IMG/VR virus record: IMGVR_UViG_3300034121_000850
Location: 18,889 to 82,888 of that record
Source: a virus
Length of the DNA stretch: 64,000 nt
Direction: 5' to 3' (one strand)
Part shown: piece by piece, positions 9,579-24,500 of the stretch
How the letters are laid out: each line of letters begins with the position of its first letter
How positions within the stretch are numbered: the first letter of the stretch is position 1
Position numbers and translations under genes: made by a program
Notes under the pieces: generated by a model
Databases searched by the model: none
Told to the model about the DNA's origin: nothing
The model's input: the letters and a program-made list of their open reading frames with translations, nothing else

Positions 9579-12500
9579 TTATTTCTTTGTTTTACATTGT
9601 TCATTCTTATCTTCTGCATCTTTATCAGGAATAGAAGAAAAGTCCATACTTGTTTGAGTACCTTTTTTAGAAGTTGATTTTACAGTATTCTTAGTAAATT
9701 GAGCAGGACTTGATGGTAAATTACCTAAATCTTGAGCTCTTCTAAAAGTTAAAGTTATAGTATATTTAGTTATAACTTCTCCATTAGGTAAAGTAATAGC
9801 AGGAAAATCTAGCATTTTTTTACTATTCATAGGAGTACTATGAGTAAGTTCAAATCTACCTTTCCCATTTAAACCAAAAGTATAAATTGAACCATTTGTA
9901 GTTTGTAGTTCGTTTGTATAACCTTTTAATTTTTCATTATCAGGTAACCATTGTTTATCATATTTATTAGCAAAAGTCATTTTACCATCGTTATCGTCAA
10001 CAATACCAAGTCCAGCGTCATTACCGATAGTATATACAATTACAGGGTAATTTCTTGCTGAAACTGATTCAGTAGTATCTTTATGAGGGTAAATGTATTG
10101 ATCGTCTGTATAAATGTTACCAATTACACTATCATAAACACTCATATCAACTCCAATAGCTTTTTCAATTTCCCGAATAATTGGGTTTAATACACCTAAT
10201 GATGGTAATTGATTACCTTTTTGGTCTAAACTATGATAAGAATAATACTTAGAATTTTTATCAAAACTGTCAATTTTAACAGGCTTTGCTAAAGGGTTAG
10301 TTCTTGCCCACATTAAACCATAATGGAACATTTCATTAGCAAATTTACCTTTATTCTCTTTATAGGTTTGTGCTTTAATTTGTGGCTTAATAATATCTAC
10401 AAATTGTTGAGTTTTTTCTTTAGTAGGGGTAGTTTCTGCTTGTATAACACCATAAGCTTCTGATACAACTGTTACAGTTTGTTCTGTATTCCAATTATAT
10501 TTATTGATTAAATAATCTAAAGCAGTAGCATGAGAAGGTTCATTAGCTTTATTAGCTTTTGTATTTCCATAATAAATAGGTTTATTTTTAAATTTACCTG
10601 ATTTAATTTGTTCTCTTATCCACTCTGCTTGAGGTTCATTACTACTTAGTACAAAATCTATAAAATCAATAACATTTTCTTTAGTAGTTTTACCACTCAT
10701 ATGAAAAGGATTTTCAAAAGAAGTTGGCATTTTAGTAGATTTATAAGCTACAACTGCATTACCTTTCTTTTGCTCATCAGAATATTCATAAGGTTTTTCT
10801 ACTATTTTAACATTTTCAGATTGAGTTTTATCTCCTAATTGAGAATATATATATTCCGCTGTATTTCCATTATTAGAATCTTTTTCAAGACTTTCTATGG
10901 TTTTTATATAAACCTCTTTAATAGCAGCTTCACCTGCTGCATTAAGTTCTCTTGTACCGATACCTGCAAAATCTTTAGTAAGTATAGGAGTGCCAACTTT
11001 TATAAAATCATTTTCAGAACTATCCCATTGATACCAACCTATTTCATAATCTTGTGTTTTACGTTGATTAAATACATAAACAGGTTTATCAATTTGTATA
11101 GCCATTTCAACAGCATATCCTGTACCCCCTTCTACAACAGATTTTTTAGACTTATTAGTATAACCTTTTTTATCTACTTCATTAGGACTTAATATAGTAG
11201 AAACAGCGTAAACAGCATCACTGTTTTTAACTTGAAACCAATTTCTACCATGTAAAGGATAATATTTAGGTATATCAGGTCTACCTAAAATTTTATAAGT
11301 TTTTTTAACTCTTATAACACCTTCTTTTAATTCTTCTGTTGTTATTACTTTATTACCTTTTGGAGTTTTATCTCCATAAAAATAATGGTAATTATTAATC
11401 ATTCCAAAAGTTTCACCAATAGTATCCCAAGCACTATCTGCTCCTATTGCTCCACCAGAATGATTAATAAAATTACTTATATCAGTAGTTAACCGTTTAA
11501 CAACTTTTTTAGCAAGTTCTATTGCTTTTTCTGCTTTAGTAGCTTCTTTTTCTTCTTCTTGTTTTAAAGATTCTATTTTTAAATCAGATAATTCATCATT
11601 TATTTTATTAGAATCTAAAATACTAACATCACCTGTTTCAATTAAATTTCTACTACCTAATAAACTTAATGGAACGTAAACCATAAAACCATTTATAATA
11701 CCTACTTTTTTAATAAGTATTTCTGTACTTAAACTTAAATTCTCATTACTATTTGGTATTTTTAATATATCTTTTTGTTGGTCAGCATCTAAATTATGAT
11801 AATAATCTTCATGTATTAAAACTACATTATCTTTAGTTAAACGCCAATCAATACCTTCTACTTTTTGTGTATCCCAATCAACTTGTGTTTTAGTAAGTGG
11901 AAGTATATTAGTATTATTTCTTAAAAAAGATTCTGAAAATTCTTTATAATAATGGTTATTTTCATCAAAATTATATAATCCTAAACCAACATTAAATTCA
12001 TTTACTAATATATCTAATGATATAATTTTTGCATATGAATCAGTTACAGGGGCTAAACCCCAAGCTAAATCAGCATACAATACTAAATTTTTACCAAGTA
12101 ATGAAACATAAGGGTCATTAGAATAATACATTTCATCTAAAGACCTTCTTAATCTTTTTTCAATAGCATCCTCTTTAATATTATTAAATTGTAGTTTCTT
12201 ACCTTGAGTTTTAGTTGCAGGTTTAACTTCAATATAATTTATTATATGAGTTTCAGTTGTTTTTAATTTTAAAATATTTTTAACTACTTCTATTTGATTA
12301 AAAATAGGATATGTTAAAAAATCTTCAAAAGTTAAAGTTTTATTACTATCAACAACAGTATTATTTAATCCAAGAATTGTTTTAATTTGTACATCTGATA
12401 ATTTAAAAGCATCATTACTTCTATACAATTTTGTATTAATAAATTTATCAAAACTTCTTTTAATACCATCTATTTTATTATATTGTGTAATTGGTATATA

Positions 12501-15500
12501 AGTCCTCAAATCATTAAAAGCTTGTCTAAAGAATGCAGATTCTGTAATAAATAAAGACTCCATAGCATCAGCACCTGCTTTATTAGAATTTAAATAATAA
12601 GCTTCTATTAAAGGATGTACTGATTTTTTATCAATACCAAATAGTTTTGGAAATATAGCTTTAATTAAATTTGTTCTAGTACCATCAGACTCTTCAATAT
12701 AAAAATCATCTTTTTTAGCTAATTCTGTTATATTAAAAGTAATATCATGTGTTTTAGTTGTACTTGGACCAGCGCCAATCTTATCAACAGCAAATATAGT
12801 AGATAATTTAAGAATCTTTTTACCTAACTTATCTAATTCTTTAAAATGTTTTAAAGCAATAATTTGACTTTGTATATACTCTATACGTTCAGCAAGAGTT
12901 AAAGTTTTTTGTTTTGATTTTTGTATAGCATTGTCTAAATCTTTTATTGAAAAAACTTTATTAAGACTTCTATCAACACCAAGATATTTTTTTAATGTTT
13001 CATTTTTAACTCTAAATTTAGCATCTTTTAAACCTTGTTCAAAAAGTTTATTTTCTTTTATTTTTTTTGTTTGAACTAAAAGATTATATAAACTACCAAA
13101 TAAATATCTTTCAGTATCTTTAATAGTATCACTTAGAAATTTTTGAGATATTATATTATTAGCATTATAATAATTTTCAACCATTTCAAGTATAATAGGT
13201 TGATTTACTAATAATAACGCTAATTCAATATCCCCTGTAATGTTATTAACAGCTGATATTACATTAAAAGTAACTTCATTTATATTTCTTGGTAAAGGGT
13301 TAGCTACGGAGTCAACAGAATGGTCAGTTAATAAACCATTAATATAAGAGTATTTTTTACCATTAATATTTATAAACGTACCATCGTTATTCCAACCAAA
13401 TTTATCAAATACTATTGTAACAGAATTTTCTGATACTATAACATTATCACTTCCATGTTTTTTAATTAAATCTTCTACCGTAAAAAGAATTTCATTAATA
13501 GGATAAGTTGCTGAATAACTTTGCGAAGATTTTGCTCTAACAGTTTGTAATACAGCCCATGTTCCAGCATTAGAAGCACTTAATCCAGTATTACTTAAAC
13601 TTCCAACAGATGAATCTCTAAGATTACCATTAACATTAGGGTCTACAGGATTTGGTTCTTTTTTCTTTGTACCATTTAATTTAGCAGCTATTGCTAATGT
13701 TTCAGGGAATTGAGCAGGTTCAATAGCTTCTAATTGATGTGTACTATTAGACATAACAGACATCATAACATTAAAAGTAACATTTTGACGTTGCGCAACA
13801 GTATTATATTCTAATAAACTATCTACATATAAACTAATTAAATTATCTTTTTCTATGTTATGATTAACAGTAAGGTCATAAATAGCTTGTTTATATTCAG
13901 ATTCAGCAGCTTTTGTTGAAGTATTAATTCTTTTAATTTCATCAATATTAGATTGTAATAAAGTATTTTGAACTTTATTTAATTTATCTACAAGTTTATC
14001 TCCAATTCTAACATTTTTAATGATATCTTCTATCATATTATTAGAATCGGTAATATATTTAGATTGTAATTCAGCCATTTCTTGAATTACATCTAATCTA
14101 AATTCCCAAAATTTATCAGTATTAAAAGCAGCTTTAAGGAAAGAATCTGTAATAGTTGTAATTTTAGCAGTTTCTGTTAAACTTAAATTAGCTCTTTCTG
14201 CTGCTAAAATTTTATTAAATTCTACTAATTCTTTTTCTAAAATTTCATACTCATCTTCAAAAGCTTCATTTAATACTTCAAATTCTTTAAATTTATCTGA
14301 AAATAAAGTTTGTAAATTAACATTAGTACGGAAAATATTTTTTATAACAGTAGACTCTCTACTTAAAATAAGTTTCTTTTCTGATATAAGTTGATTACGG
14401 TCATTAAAATAATTATCATTAAATTGATTTAAAACTTCTTGAAGTTGCTTTCCACTTTTAAAAGCTTTTAAATCTTTTAAATATTCTTTATTAGTTGGTT
14501 TTCTTTTAGTATCTAATTTCTTAAAACCATCATCTGTTTTTTCATGATGTGCAACCATAACATATAAACTATCTATGTCAAAGTCCATACCTGTTCTAGT
14601 AATTAAATCTTTATTTACAACCATAGTTGCACCAATTTCTTTTGGTAAAAATCCAACTACTTCTAAAACAGCAACAGAATGTTTACCTGATGTAGGAATC
14701 CTATAAGCAATTAATCTTCTTAAATTAACATCTAATTTATTTATATCAATAAGTTCACCTTTCTCATAAAAATCTGAACTCCAAGCAGGAAGCCAAGTTT
14801 CAATAACCCAAACACCATCAACAAATTTAACATCTAATTCTCCACTATGTGCTACATCATACATTAAAGCATCAGAAGCTACAATAGCATGGAAACCAGG
14901 CATTTTCTGTTTTGTAACATTATTGCTCCATACAGATAATAATGAACTCATAAAAGTATCTTTAGTGGTATTAGCATCTAAAGGTAAATACAATTTATTA
15001 GATTTTTCATCTATTGTTAAAGCGGCTTTTAAATTGCTTGATAAAGGTTTAGAAGTATCACTTTTTAAAAAGTCTACAACAGTTTGTAAATCAATGGAAA
15101 CTTCTCCAAATTCATCGTAAGTAATACCTAACTTATCATCTACAACTTTTCTAGAAAATTCAAGTAGTTTTACTAAGTTATCTTGAAAAAGTGCAATTAC
15201 ATCAGAACCTTTTACATTTGTACCATCTACATTATAATTATGTTCAAATGGAATATTTGTTAATATAAATTTAGAAATTTGTACTGCTAATTTTGCAGCA
15301 TAATCTTCATAATCAGTAGGAGTTTCTTGTTGTAATGTCCAATTTTCATTCTTTGCTTTTTCAAAAACAAGATTATCTAAATTATCTAAAAGATTATTGT
15401 TAATATCAACAATTATATTAGTTTGAAAATGCCCAAACTTCTTACCTGATTTGTAAACAACTTCATCAGCTTTATAACCTATTGTATTATTATTTTCATC

Positions 15501-18500
15501 TTTTATTGCAATACTTTCAATAAGTTTACTAATTTGAGTTCTTTCCCCAGTTTTAGGGTTAGTTTCAAACATTTGAGGTATATATGGTACAGCAGCATAT
15601 TTGAATTGTTTAGAAACTACAATTTCTACATTTTCATCAAAATTTCTACTATAATCATGAAATTTAAAAACTCCTAATAAAGTTTTAACTTCAAGATAAT
15701 TTAATTTTTGGTTTGCTTTAATTTTAGCAAAAAGGTCTTTATAAGTTTCATATCTTCCATGCTCTTTTAAGGTCTTTTCTAAGAAATCAAGCATTATATA
15801 ACCTCCACCATCAGAAGTTTTAATTTTTTTATAATCAGCTAAAAGACTTGTTGCTAAAGCTTTAGCTTTAGTTTCTTCAACACCAGTTTCTTCCATAATA
15901 TCTTTAGTAGTATTTTCTACCATCAAATTATATACGGAAGATTCTGATATTATATCATCAACAATTAATATATTACGTGTATCTCCTATTTCTGTTAAAG
16001 AACCTTTTTCACCAGGAGAACCAGGAGCTTTTGCACGTTTATTAACAGTAACATTATTTGCATATTCGGCAGTAACTCCAAATATAAAATTTTGTAATTC
16101 AACGTTATTTATATAATAATTAAGAGAAGATTCAACAAGGAATGTGTTATAATCAGAATCTAAAAACTTTTTATTAGCAACAGTAAAAAATGGACTTAAT
16201 ATTTTTTTAAATTTATTATTTGTTTTATAAAATTCTTTATAAATTCCACTAATTTCTTTTTGAATAGCTTCTTCAGCAGCAATTGTATTATCTATACTAT
16301 TATAAACATCTTTATAAACAATACCTTGCATAAATAAACTATCAACACTATTTAATGAAGGGATATTATGAAATTCAAAAACTCTTCCTACTGGTTTTTT
16401 ATTTTGTTGATATATTCTTACACCACCTTTTATATGAAAATGATAACTTTCTAAAAAGAATGGTTCATTTTTTCTATTTATTATAAGATTTCCTTGTTCA
16501 TCCCTTACAACTCTACGAACACCATTAACTTCTTCTGTTTCATACATAAACAGTGTTGCTTGATGCATACGTTCTACTTCTTGTAAAGTAGTATTATATA
16601 TTGCATTAAATAAAGAAGAATCAGTTTTTAATTCTATACCATTTTTATTAAATGTAATATCCCCTTCTTTTACAGCAATTCTTTTAACCTGTAAATCATA
16701 TCTTGTAGGACTATTAGACATTGTTAAAAATGGACTTCTAATCAATTCAGAATTAACATCATATTTTGTTGTAGTTAAATAATTAATAGCATTATTTAAA
16801 TTCCACTCAAAAGAATTTTGGGTATTATATTTTTTACCTACACCAGTGGTTGTATTTTTTAAACCATCTTGTCCTAAAATATTAAAATAGTTAAAAAACT
16901 CACGATTAAGAGTAGCTTTTGCTACATCTTTTACGCCATCAGTTGTTAAAAGCATTCCAAATACTTCTTCTGTATTCCATAACCAATTAGAATACTTATT
17001 AGAAGGAGATAAAGCTAAACCTTGTAATCTTGTTAAAAGTTTAGATTCTGCAAGGTTATTACCTTTTTTATAACCTACTATTTCATCTATAAATGTTGTA
17101 ATAAATGAAGGCATCCTATGAGCACCCTCTGTTTTACCTGTTACATTTTTAAAAGTATTTTCTCCTAAAAATATATCATATTTTTTATAAAGTTTTGCTA
17201 AACTATTAAAAGTTTTATAACTGTCAAATCTTTCATTAACAGCGTAATCTCTAATAACTCTAGCAACAGTATTGATAAATACATTTTCTACTACTAATTT
17301 TTTATTAGGTTCTTTATTAGAATTTATAATTTTTATAATAGTTTTCTTATCAATATTTATACCAACTGCATCTAATAATTGTTCAGCTATATTAATTTTA
17401 TCTTCTAAAGAAGTATTAAGATTTTTAGCTTTATTTATTTTATTTTGTAGTATAATTAAATTTTCAGGAGTAAAAGCTTTTACTTCATCTTTATATTTAA
17501 AGGTTGTAATCCATTTATTACTAATACGATGTTCAGCTTTAATATTAGATATAGCAGTTTTAAAACTAAGATTTCCGTCAATTTCTGTAATTCTTTGATT
17601 TTCTATATCAATATCAGGAGTTGACATTAAAGCATATAACCCATCCTTAATATTTCCTTTATTTTCTATAATTTTATTATAAAAAATACCATAAAAAGGA
17701 GCTATAGTTGTTATATTATATAAACGATTCATCATATCGTCAATATTTACTATACCAACAAGTGTTTCTCTTAAATAATTAAAACTTAAATTATAGTCAA
17801 CAAACTCTACTAAACCACTTAAAGTATCTTGGTCAACAGTAACTTCAAATTTACCGACAGTAGTGTTAAATGATATATTTTTAACTAAAGGTAAATTATA
17901 TACAAGTGTTCTTATAGGGTCGGAAACTCTATCAGCAAAAGGTTTTAAACTTGTAGTATCCTCCCAATTTTTAACAAGTGAATTAGCAGTTTCTTCAGAT
18001 TCTACATCTATATCGTCTAAATCATAATTAAGTTTACTTATTAAATTTTCATTAATTTTAACCCAAATAGAATTTTCAGTATTATTATTTTCTAAATCTT
18101 TTAATGTCCTATCTAATAAATTTAATTGTTTAAGTTTAAATTCTTTTATTGTAGGATTTTCAGTCTTTTCTACTTCTGCAACTTTTAAATCTATTTTCTT
18201 TTTAATAGCATTAATAGTTGTAGACTTAAATGAATAGACTTCAATATTATCAATAACAGTTTCATCAATAGAACCTTTAAGAGAAGTATTTTTAGCTTCT
18301 TGATATTTTTGACTAAGAAATCCTGTTAAAGAGTTTAAAAGATGCTCTTCTTCTTCAATACTAAAATTATCAACAACACTTGTAAATTGGTTATTATTTT
18401 TAGCAAAATTTACAAACGTATCGTTTTCAGAAGTTGATTTAAAATCATTAAGAATACTCCAATTAGATTTTAAAATCTTAGAAAATTCATCATATAAATT

Positions 18501-21500
18501 AGACTCTTCAATTTGAGGAGCTTTTTCTGCTTTAAATAATTTATTAAAAAACTTAACAATAGAATTAATAATTCTATCAAAGAAACTATCACTTGCTTGT
18601 ATAGTTTCTTCTGAATCTATAACTTCTTTTGGGAATTGAAGTTTCTGTAATTCTTTTATTGTATTTTTATTAGAAATAGCTTCTGCAATAAATTCAAGTA
18701 AATTAATAGAAGATAAACTACTTCTATCAGAAGTTCTTTTCAAATATTCGTTAAATATTACATTAAGTTCTTTGTATAAATTATGAATATTCTTTTCAGA
18801 ACTGTTTAATTTATAGCCATCCTTAACAAGTTTATCTAAAACTTCTCCTTGCATAACAGCATCAACTGTTAATTGATGTCCCAATTCATGTACTAAAACA
18901 TGATTTGTAAAGTCATGGATATTTGTTTTAAACTTCTTAGGATTTATAAAAATAGTCTTACGTTTACGACTATAACGTGCAAATATAGAAGCCTTAGTTT
19001 TTCCAGTAGAATCTTCAAAGAATTTTGAATCATCTAAAACAACTAATTTAATACCATTATTATTAATAAAATGATTTAATATTGTTTTACCTAAAGTACT
19101 TTCAGTATTAGCTAATATGTTTTCAAAAAATTCAGAATTATTTTGAGCAGTTATAACATTCTTACTATGCTTTAAAACAACAGCATCAGTAATTTCCGGA
19201 ATATTAGCTTCATTATTATATAATGATTTTACATCAGCAAACCATAAATCATCCCCAAAAGTAGTAGGTTCTGATGAATCAGTTTTATCAGGTGTAGAAT
19301 CATCTACTTTATCTTCTTTTTTAAGTCCTGTACTGTCTAATGTTAAAACTAATGGATAATGCCCTTTTACAGCAATATTACCAACAAACTTTTTACCAAC
19401 TTTTACATCAGCAACATTTGTAGATAACACATCATTTTCAATAATCCAATCATAGTAATCTTCTTTTTTACCAGTTAAAGGATTAACAAAATTATCTACA
19501 CTCCTATAATCATAATTTCTTTTTAGTCCTTTAATAGCATCCTTAATTTTTGCTTTTGCTTTTGAACCTGTAATTAATTCATCATTTACAAGCATAGTAA
19601 CTAGACTATGCGCTTTACCAGCTTTATTAAAAGGATATATTTTATAAGAATCATTACCAATAGTAAATTCTATAATTTTATCAGAAATATTTACATTAAA
19701 ATAAGCAGCATTAACACCTTTAACATTTTTACGGAATCTACTACTTATAGGGGTAAATACACGAATCTTATCTTTTAAATTATTAATTTTATTATTAATT
19801 GTAGCTTCAGGGTCTTTATGAAATGCATCAATAATTTCTAAAATAGAATTATATACAAAATCCCTTGCTTCAAGATTATCACCTAAATCACTTCTAAATA
19901 ATTTAACAGGTATAGCTTTTCCTTTTACACCATCTATAACTAAATATTGAAAAGCGGATTCAAAATCTTTACCAAGAGTTTTTTCACCTTCTTCAATATA
20001 TCTATTATAAACAGGTTCTCCTGTTTTTAAATCAAAAAGCATTTTAGGATTTTCCCCTAATTTAGTAGATGCTATTGTTACTTTTAATTTTCCTTTTTTA
20101 AATTCTTTAATAGTTCTAAAAATGTAATTATTTTCTTTATCAACTGCAAATTGAACTGCCCCTGATGTTATTCTATTAACTTCAGTATCTACTGTTGCAT
20201 CAACTCCATTTTGTTGAATTTTACTTAAAAGTCTATTTCTTAATGTTTGAGTAGCTGCAAAATCGTTTTCTATGATAGTTTTCCACCTTGTTAAAGACCT
20301 ACGATAATCTTCACCCGTACTACTATTATCTACGTTTCTTGATAATAATTTTTGTAAATGGATTACTTTAGAAAAAGCGTTACCACTTGTTGATAATTCT
20401 AATATACTTGCTAAGTTATTACTTATACTTTTATAATTAAAATTAAAAACCTCTTTTCTTAACGCAACTAAATCTTCATTAGAATTTTTTAATAAAGCTT
20501 CAACTAATAAAGGTTCAGAAACTAAATGGACTAAACCACCTTTTGATGATACATTAGCTTCTTTTTCTTCTAAATTAACAGTATTGCCTGTTTTATTTAA
20601 ATGGGCGATAGCAACACCTTCTGTTGTTGATACTTTAATAGGTACACCTTTAATCCATTTTTCTAAATCTTCTTTAGATTTAGGTATTCCATTAAATTCT
20701 TTATTATCAGTATCAATAGATAATACTAATTTTGAACCATTAACTAATTCTTTAATAGCAGCAAGAGTTTTACCTTGTTCTTCTGTTAAAATAACATTTA
20801 TTTCTTCACGTTTTACTTTTTCTAAACTACTTATAAATACATTTACTCCACCACCTATATTAGATAGCATATCTTGAAATTCTTCAAAATCTTCTGTATT
20901 AGAATCTTTAGCAAGAAAGAAATCTTCTGCAACAACAGAGTTATAAGGAGTTTCTAAATCTGCTAAAATTTGTTTAATGGTTAAAAGATTTTGATTTATT
21001 TTAAGTTGAATTTCATATATTCTATTTAAAATAATAAGTTCATCCTCTTCTGATAAATTTTCATCATTATCTAACTTCTTTCTATAAAAAGAAAATAAAC
21101 CTAATAAACCTAATAAACTTGCTTCAGTAGGAGTATTAGGAACATTTGCAGTAGTAGGTTGAATATTACCTTCAATAGGTATTAATAATGCACCACCTGT
21201 CCAACCTTCATTATTAAATCCAGACCATTGCTTACTATCTATTTCACCATTAACAGCTTTTGGTTTAGCACTAAAAGAACCAACATCGTGATAACCAAGT
21301 ATTAAATCTTTTGGATTTAAATTATACTCTTTTTGAATTTGAATACCTTCATTTTCTATTTGATTCAAAGAACCTGCAAAATCTCTAACGATTGTATTAT
21401 CATATTTATCTTTAAATATAAATACAACAGAACCTCCACTAAATCTACTATAAGCATTTCTATCCTTATAAATTAAATAAGTTCCTGTTCCATCTTGTAA

Positions 21501-24500
21501 TAAAACTTCTCTAACAGTTTTTTTAAAACCTTCGGGATTTCTTGTTTTATCAAAAGTAATATCACTAAAAGCCATTTGACGTAAAGGGCTTATTACATTA
21601 TCAGATACTTTTAAATCATTAGCTTTCTTATATGATAATTGAACACTATTATCAGCATTCTTTTTAAATACAGGAACCCAATGATTTTCTCTTTTAGCTT
21701 TTTCTATATAATCTTTATTATATTCATGAGAGTAGTTATTAAAAGCAGAACCATCTAACATAAAATGTCCAACCCCAATAACACCTTTAACTTTTAAACC
21801 TTCCTTTGGTAAATCTTTTTTAACAGGTACAGGTATATATCTAAAACCATCAGCGTTATCCCATTGACTTCTATAAGAATATATACTATCTTTTGCTGTA
21901 TAACTATCAGGAACAGTACCAATTATTTGAAAAAATTTAGAAGGTTTTGGTTTAACAACTACAACAGGTTTAGCAGCTATAGGAACCATTTGTTCTTCAG
22001 CAACTTCTATTAAACCTTTTTTATCTAAAAATCTTTTAGCCCATTGAGCAGGGGTAGAGTACATAATATCATTAACAACACCCTCTGTAAGAACTTTAGT
22101 ATCAAAATTAGTATTAAAGTTAGTATCTATAGTAGTTGCAAAAGAAGTTATACTAAGAGTAAATACACCTGCTAATGCTAAACTGCCAATTACTTTTCTT
22201 ATAGCTAAAACTGCTTTTTGTAAAGCACTTAAAATTTCACCTATAACAGAAGGTTTTTCGGGTTCTCTTAAAGCTTCTAAAACTTTTTCTGTAACTTCTT
22301 CTTCTGTAATACCTTCTTCTTCTGCAATAGTTGCTACTACTTCAGGAGTTAAAACTTCTTCAATAACTTCTACAAGTTTAGCTTTTTCGCGTGCTTGTTG
22401 TAATATATCAGTTAATGCAACACTTTCTTGTTCTAATTGTTCATTTTCTTTTTCTAAAGCTTCAATTAAGTCTTTATTATCTGCTACTATCTGCGTTGTA
22501 TCTTCTACTATATCACTTACAGGTTCTACTGTAAATTCTATAACAGGGGAAGGAAATTCAATAGTAATATGAGAACCTATAACTTCAGCTATATCTTCAA
22601 TTACTTCCTCTTCAATTACTTCCTCTTCAATTATTTCTGTTTTAATACCTAAAGCAGATAGTTCTGCATCATATATTTTTTTAATTTCAAGATCTCCAGA
22701 ACCCAAAATAGCTCCTGATTTTATTTTATCAATACTTTTTAAAATATCAGATTTTCTTGCTTCATTATATGGTTTATTTATTTCAGCTAATTTTTGGATA
22801 GCCATAATTCTACTTTCAATACTAGAACTTGGATTATTTAATACATCTTCTGCATCATGTTTTTCCAATATATCACTACCACTAGGGATAAGTATACTTT
22901 TGCCTGTTGATGTATCTACTCTTCCTGCTATTTTAGATGCTTGTAATTTTAATTCTCTTAAATATCTTTCTTGCCCTTTTGTTTTTGCAAATTCTAGTCT
23001 TTGTTTAGCTTCTTCATCAAATGGTAAGGCTTCTAATTCCTCTTCCCTTCTTCTTTCTATATCAGCTTTAGCATCTGTAGTACTTAAAGCAGCTGGTTCA
23101 GCATCGTATTTAGCAATTATTTCTTTACCAAGTTGTTCTACATTACTTCTTAAAGTTTTTCTTGCATCTGCATTGTTTATAGCAGGAGTATAAGATAATT
23201 TTGAATTTATATAATCTTCTACTTTATCTGCTAAAGTTGTTAAAGGTCTTGATGTTGCATTAGGGTCTCCATCATTTTTAAAAGTTGCAGGGTCTGTACC
23301 ATAAAAACTATTTAACTCATCAGATACAGATTTTACAATATCTGCTACTTCTTTACCCCAATATCTTTCATAATAAGCCTCCATATCAGACTTATCTGTT
23401 TTATTAAGCCAACCATCTTTTCCAATACCAAAGAATGGATACCATCCAGCTACTAATCCTTTACCTGCTTGACCTGTTGTTAAATAGAATGGTACAATAA
23501 CACCATTTATATTTACTAAAACTTTAGCTCTATCAGTAGATGTTACTACATTCCAGTAATTACCATCTATTTCAAAACCTTCTAATTTAAAATTAGGATT
23601 AGAAAAAATTATTTCTTCTACACCATTTAGTCCTTTTCTTCTTTCTATATCAGTTTTAGCTTCTTTTATTGATTTATTAATATTAGTTAAAAAATATTCT
23701 TCATTTTTACCATCTAAAGTATAAGCATTTAATCCTGTAAATTTTACTAAATCTTTTTCAATAGACATACCTCTTGATTTAATCTTATCATTCATATAAT
23801 TAATATAATCTTGAATAAGCTTTTGAGGGAATGTACTTTCTATATTTTTTGCTAATTCTCTAAATTTATTTTCTAATGAAACTAAATATTCAGTTTTATT
23901 TAAATCAATACCTTCATTAAGAGTTCCTCTAATATCATTTAACAAAATAGTTGCTTTATGGACATCTTCACCTGTTTTAATACCTTCTTTAAGTAGTTGT
24001 CTTAATTGTTTTATTTTATTAGCTAATAAGTCTTTTCTTGTTTGCCAATGTTTTTTAAGAATTTCAGTAGTAGCAAATTCTTCTGAATTTACAACATTTT
24101 CTAATTCACTTATTTGTTCTTCTATGGTAAAAGCTTCTACCGAATAAATGACAACTTCTGCAAGAGTAGGTGTAATAACGATAGGGTTAGTATTACTATC
24201 AGGAAAGACAATAGGAGCGTCATCAGGAGTGGTATCATCAACAGCAGGAACACTAGAAAATAAAGTATCTTCATTATTGAAAATTTGTTCATCTTTAATA
24301 TCTTCTATAAAATTCTTTAAATAAATATAAGATGGGTTTTCAATAAATTTTTCATCTTGTTCTTCTATAAGTCTTAAAAATCTTTTACCTGCTTTTTTTA
24401 ATTGATAATAATCATCATTATCAATATATTTCTTCATACTTCTATAATAAGCAGGATATGCTACTGCAAAACCTTTTTGACTTACATCTGTAATTCCATC

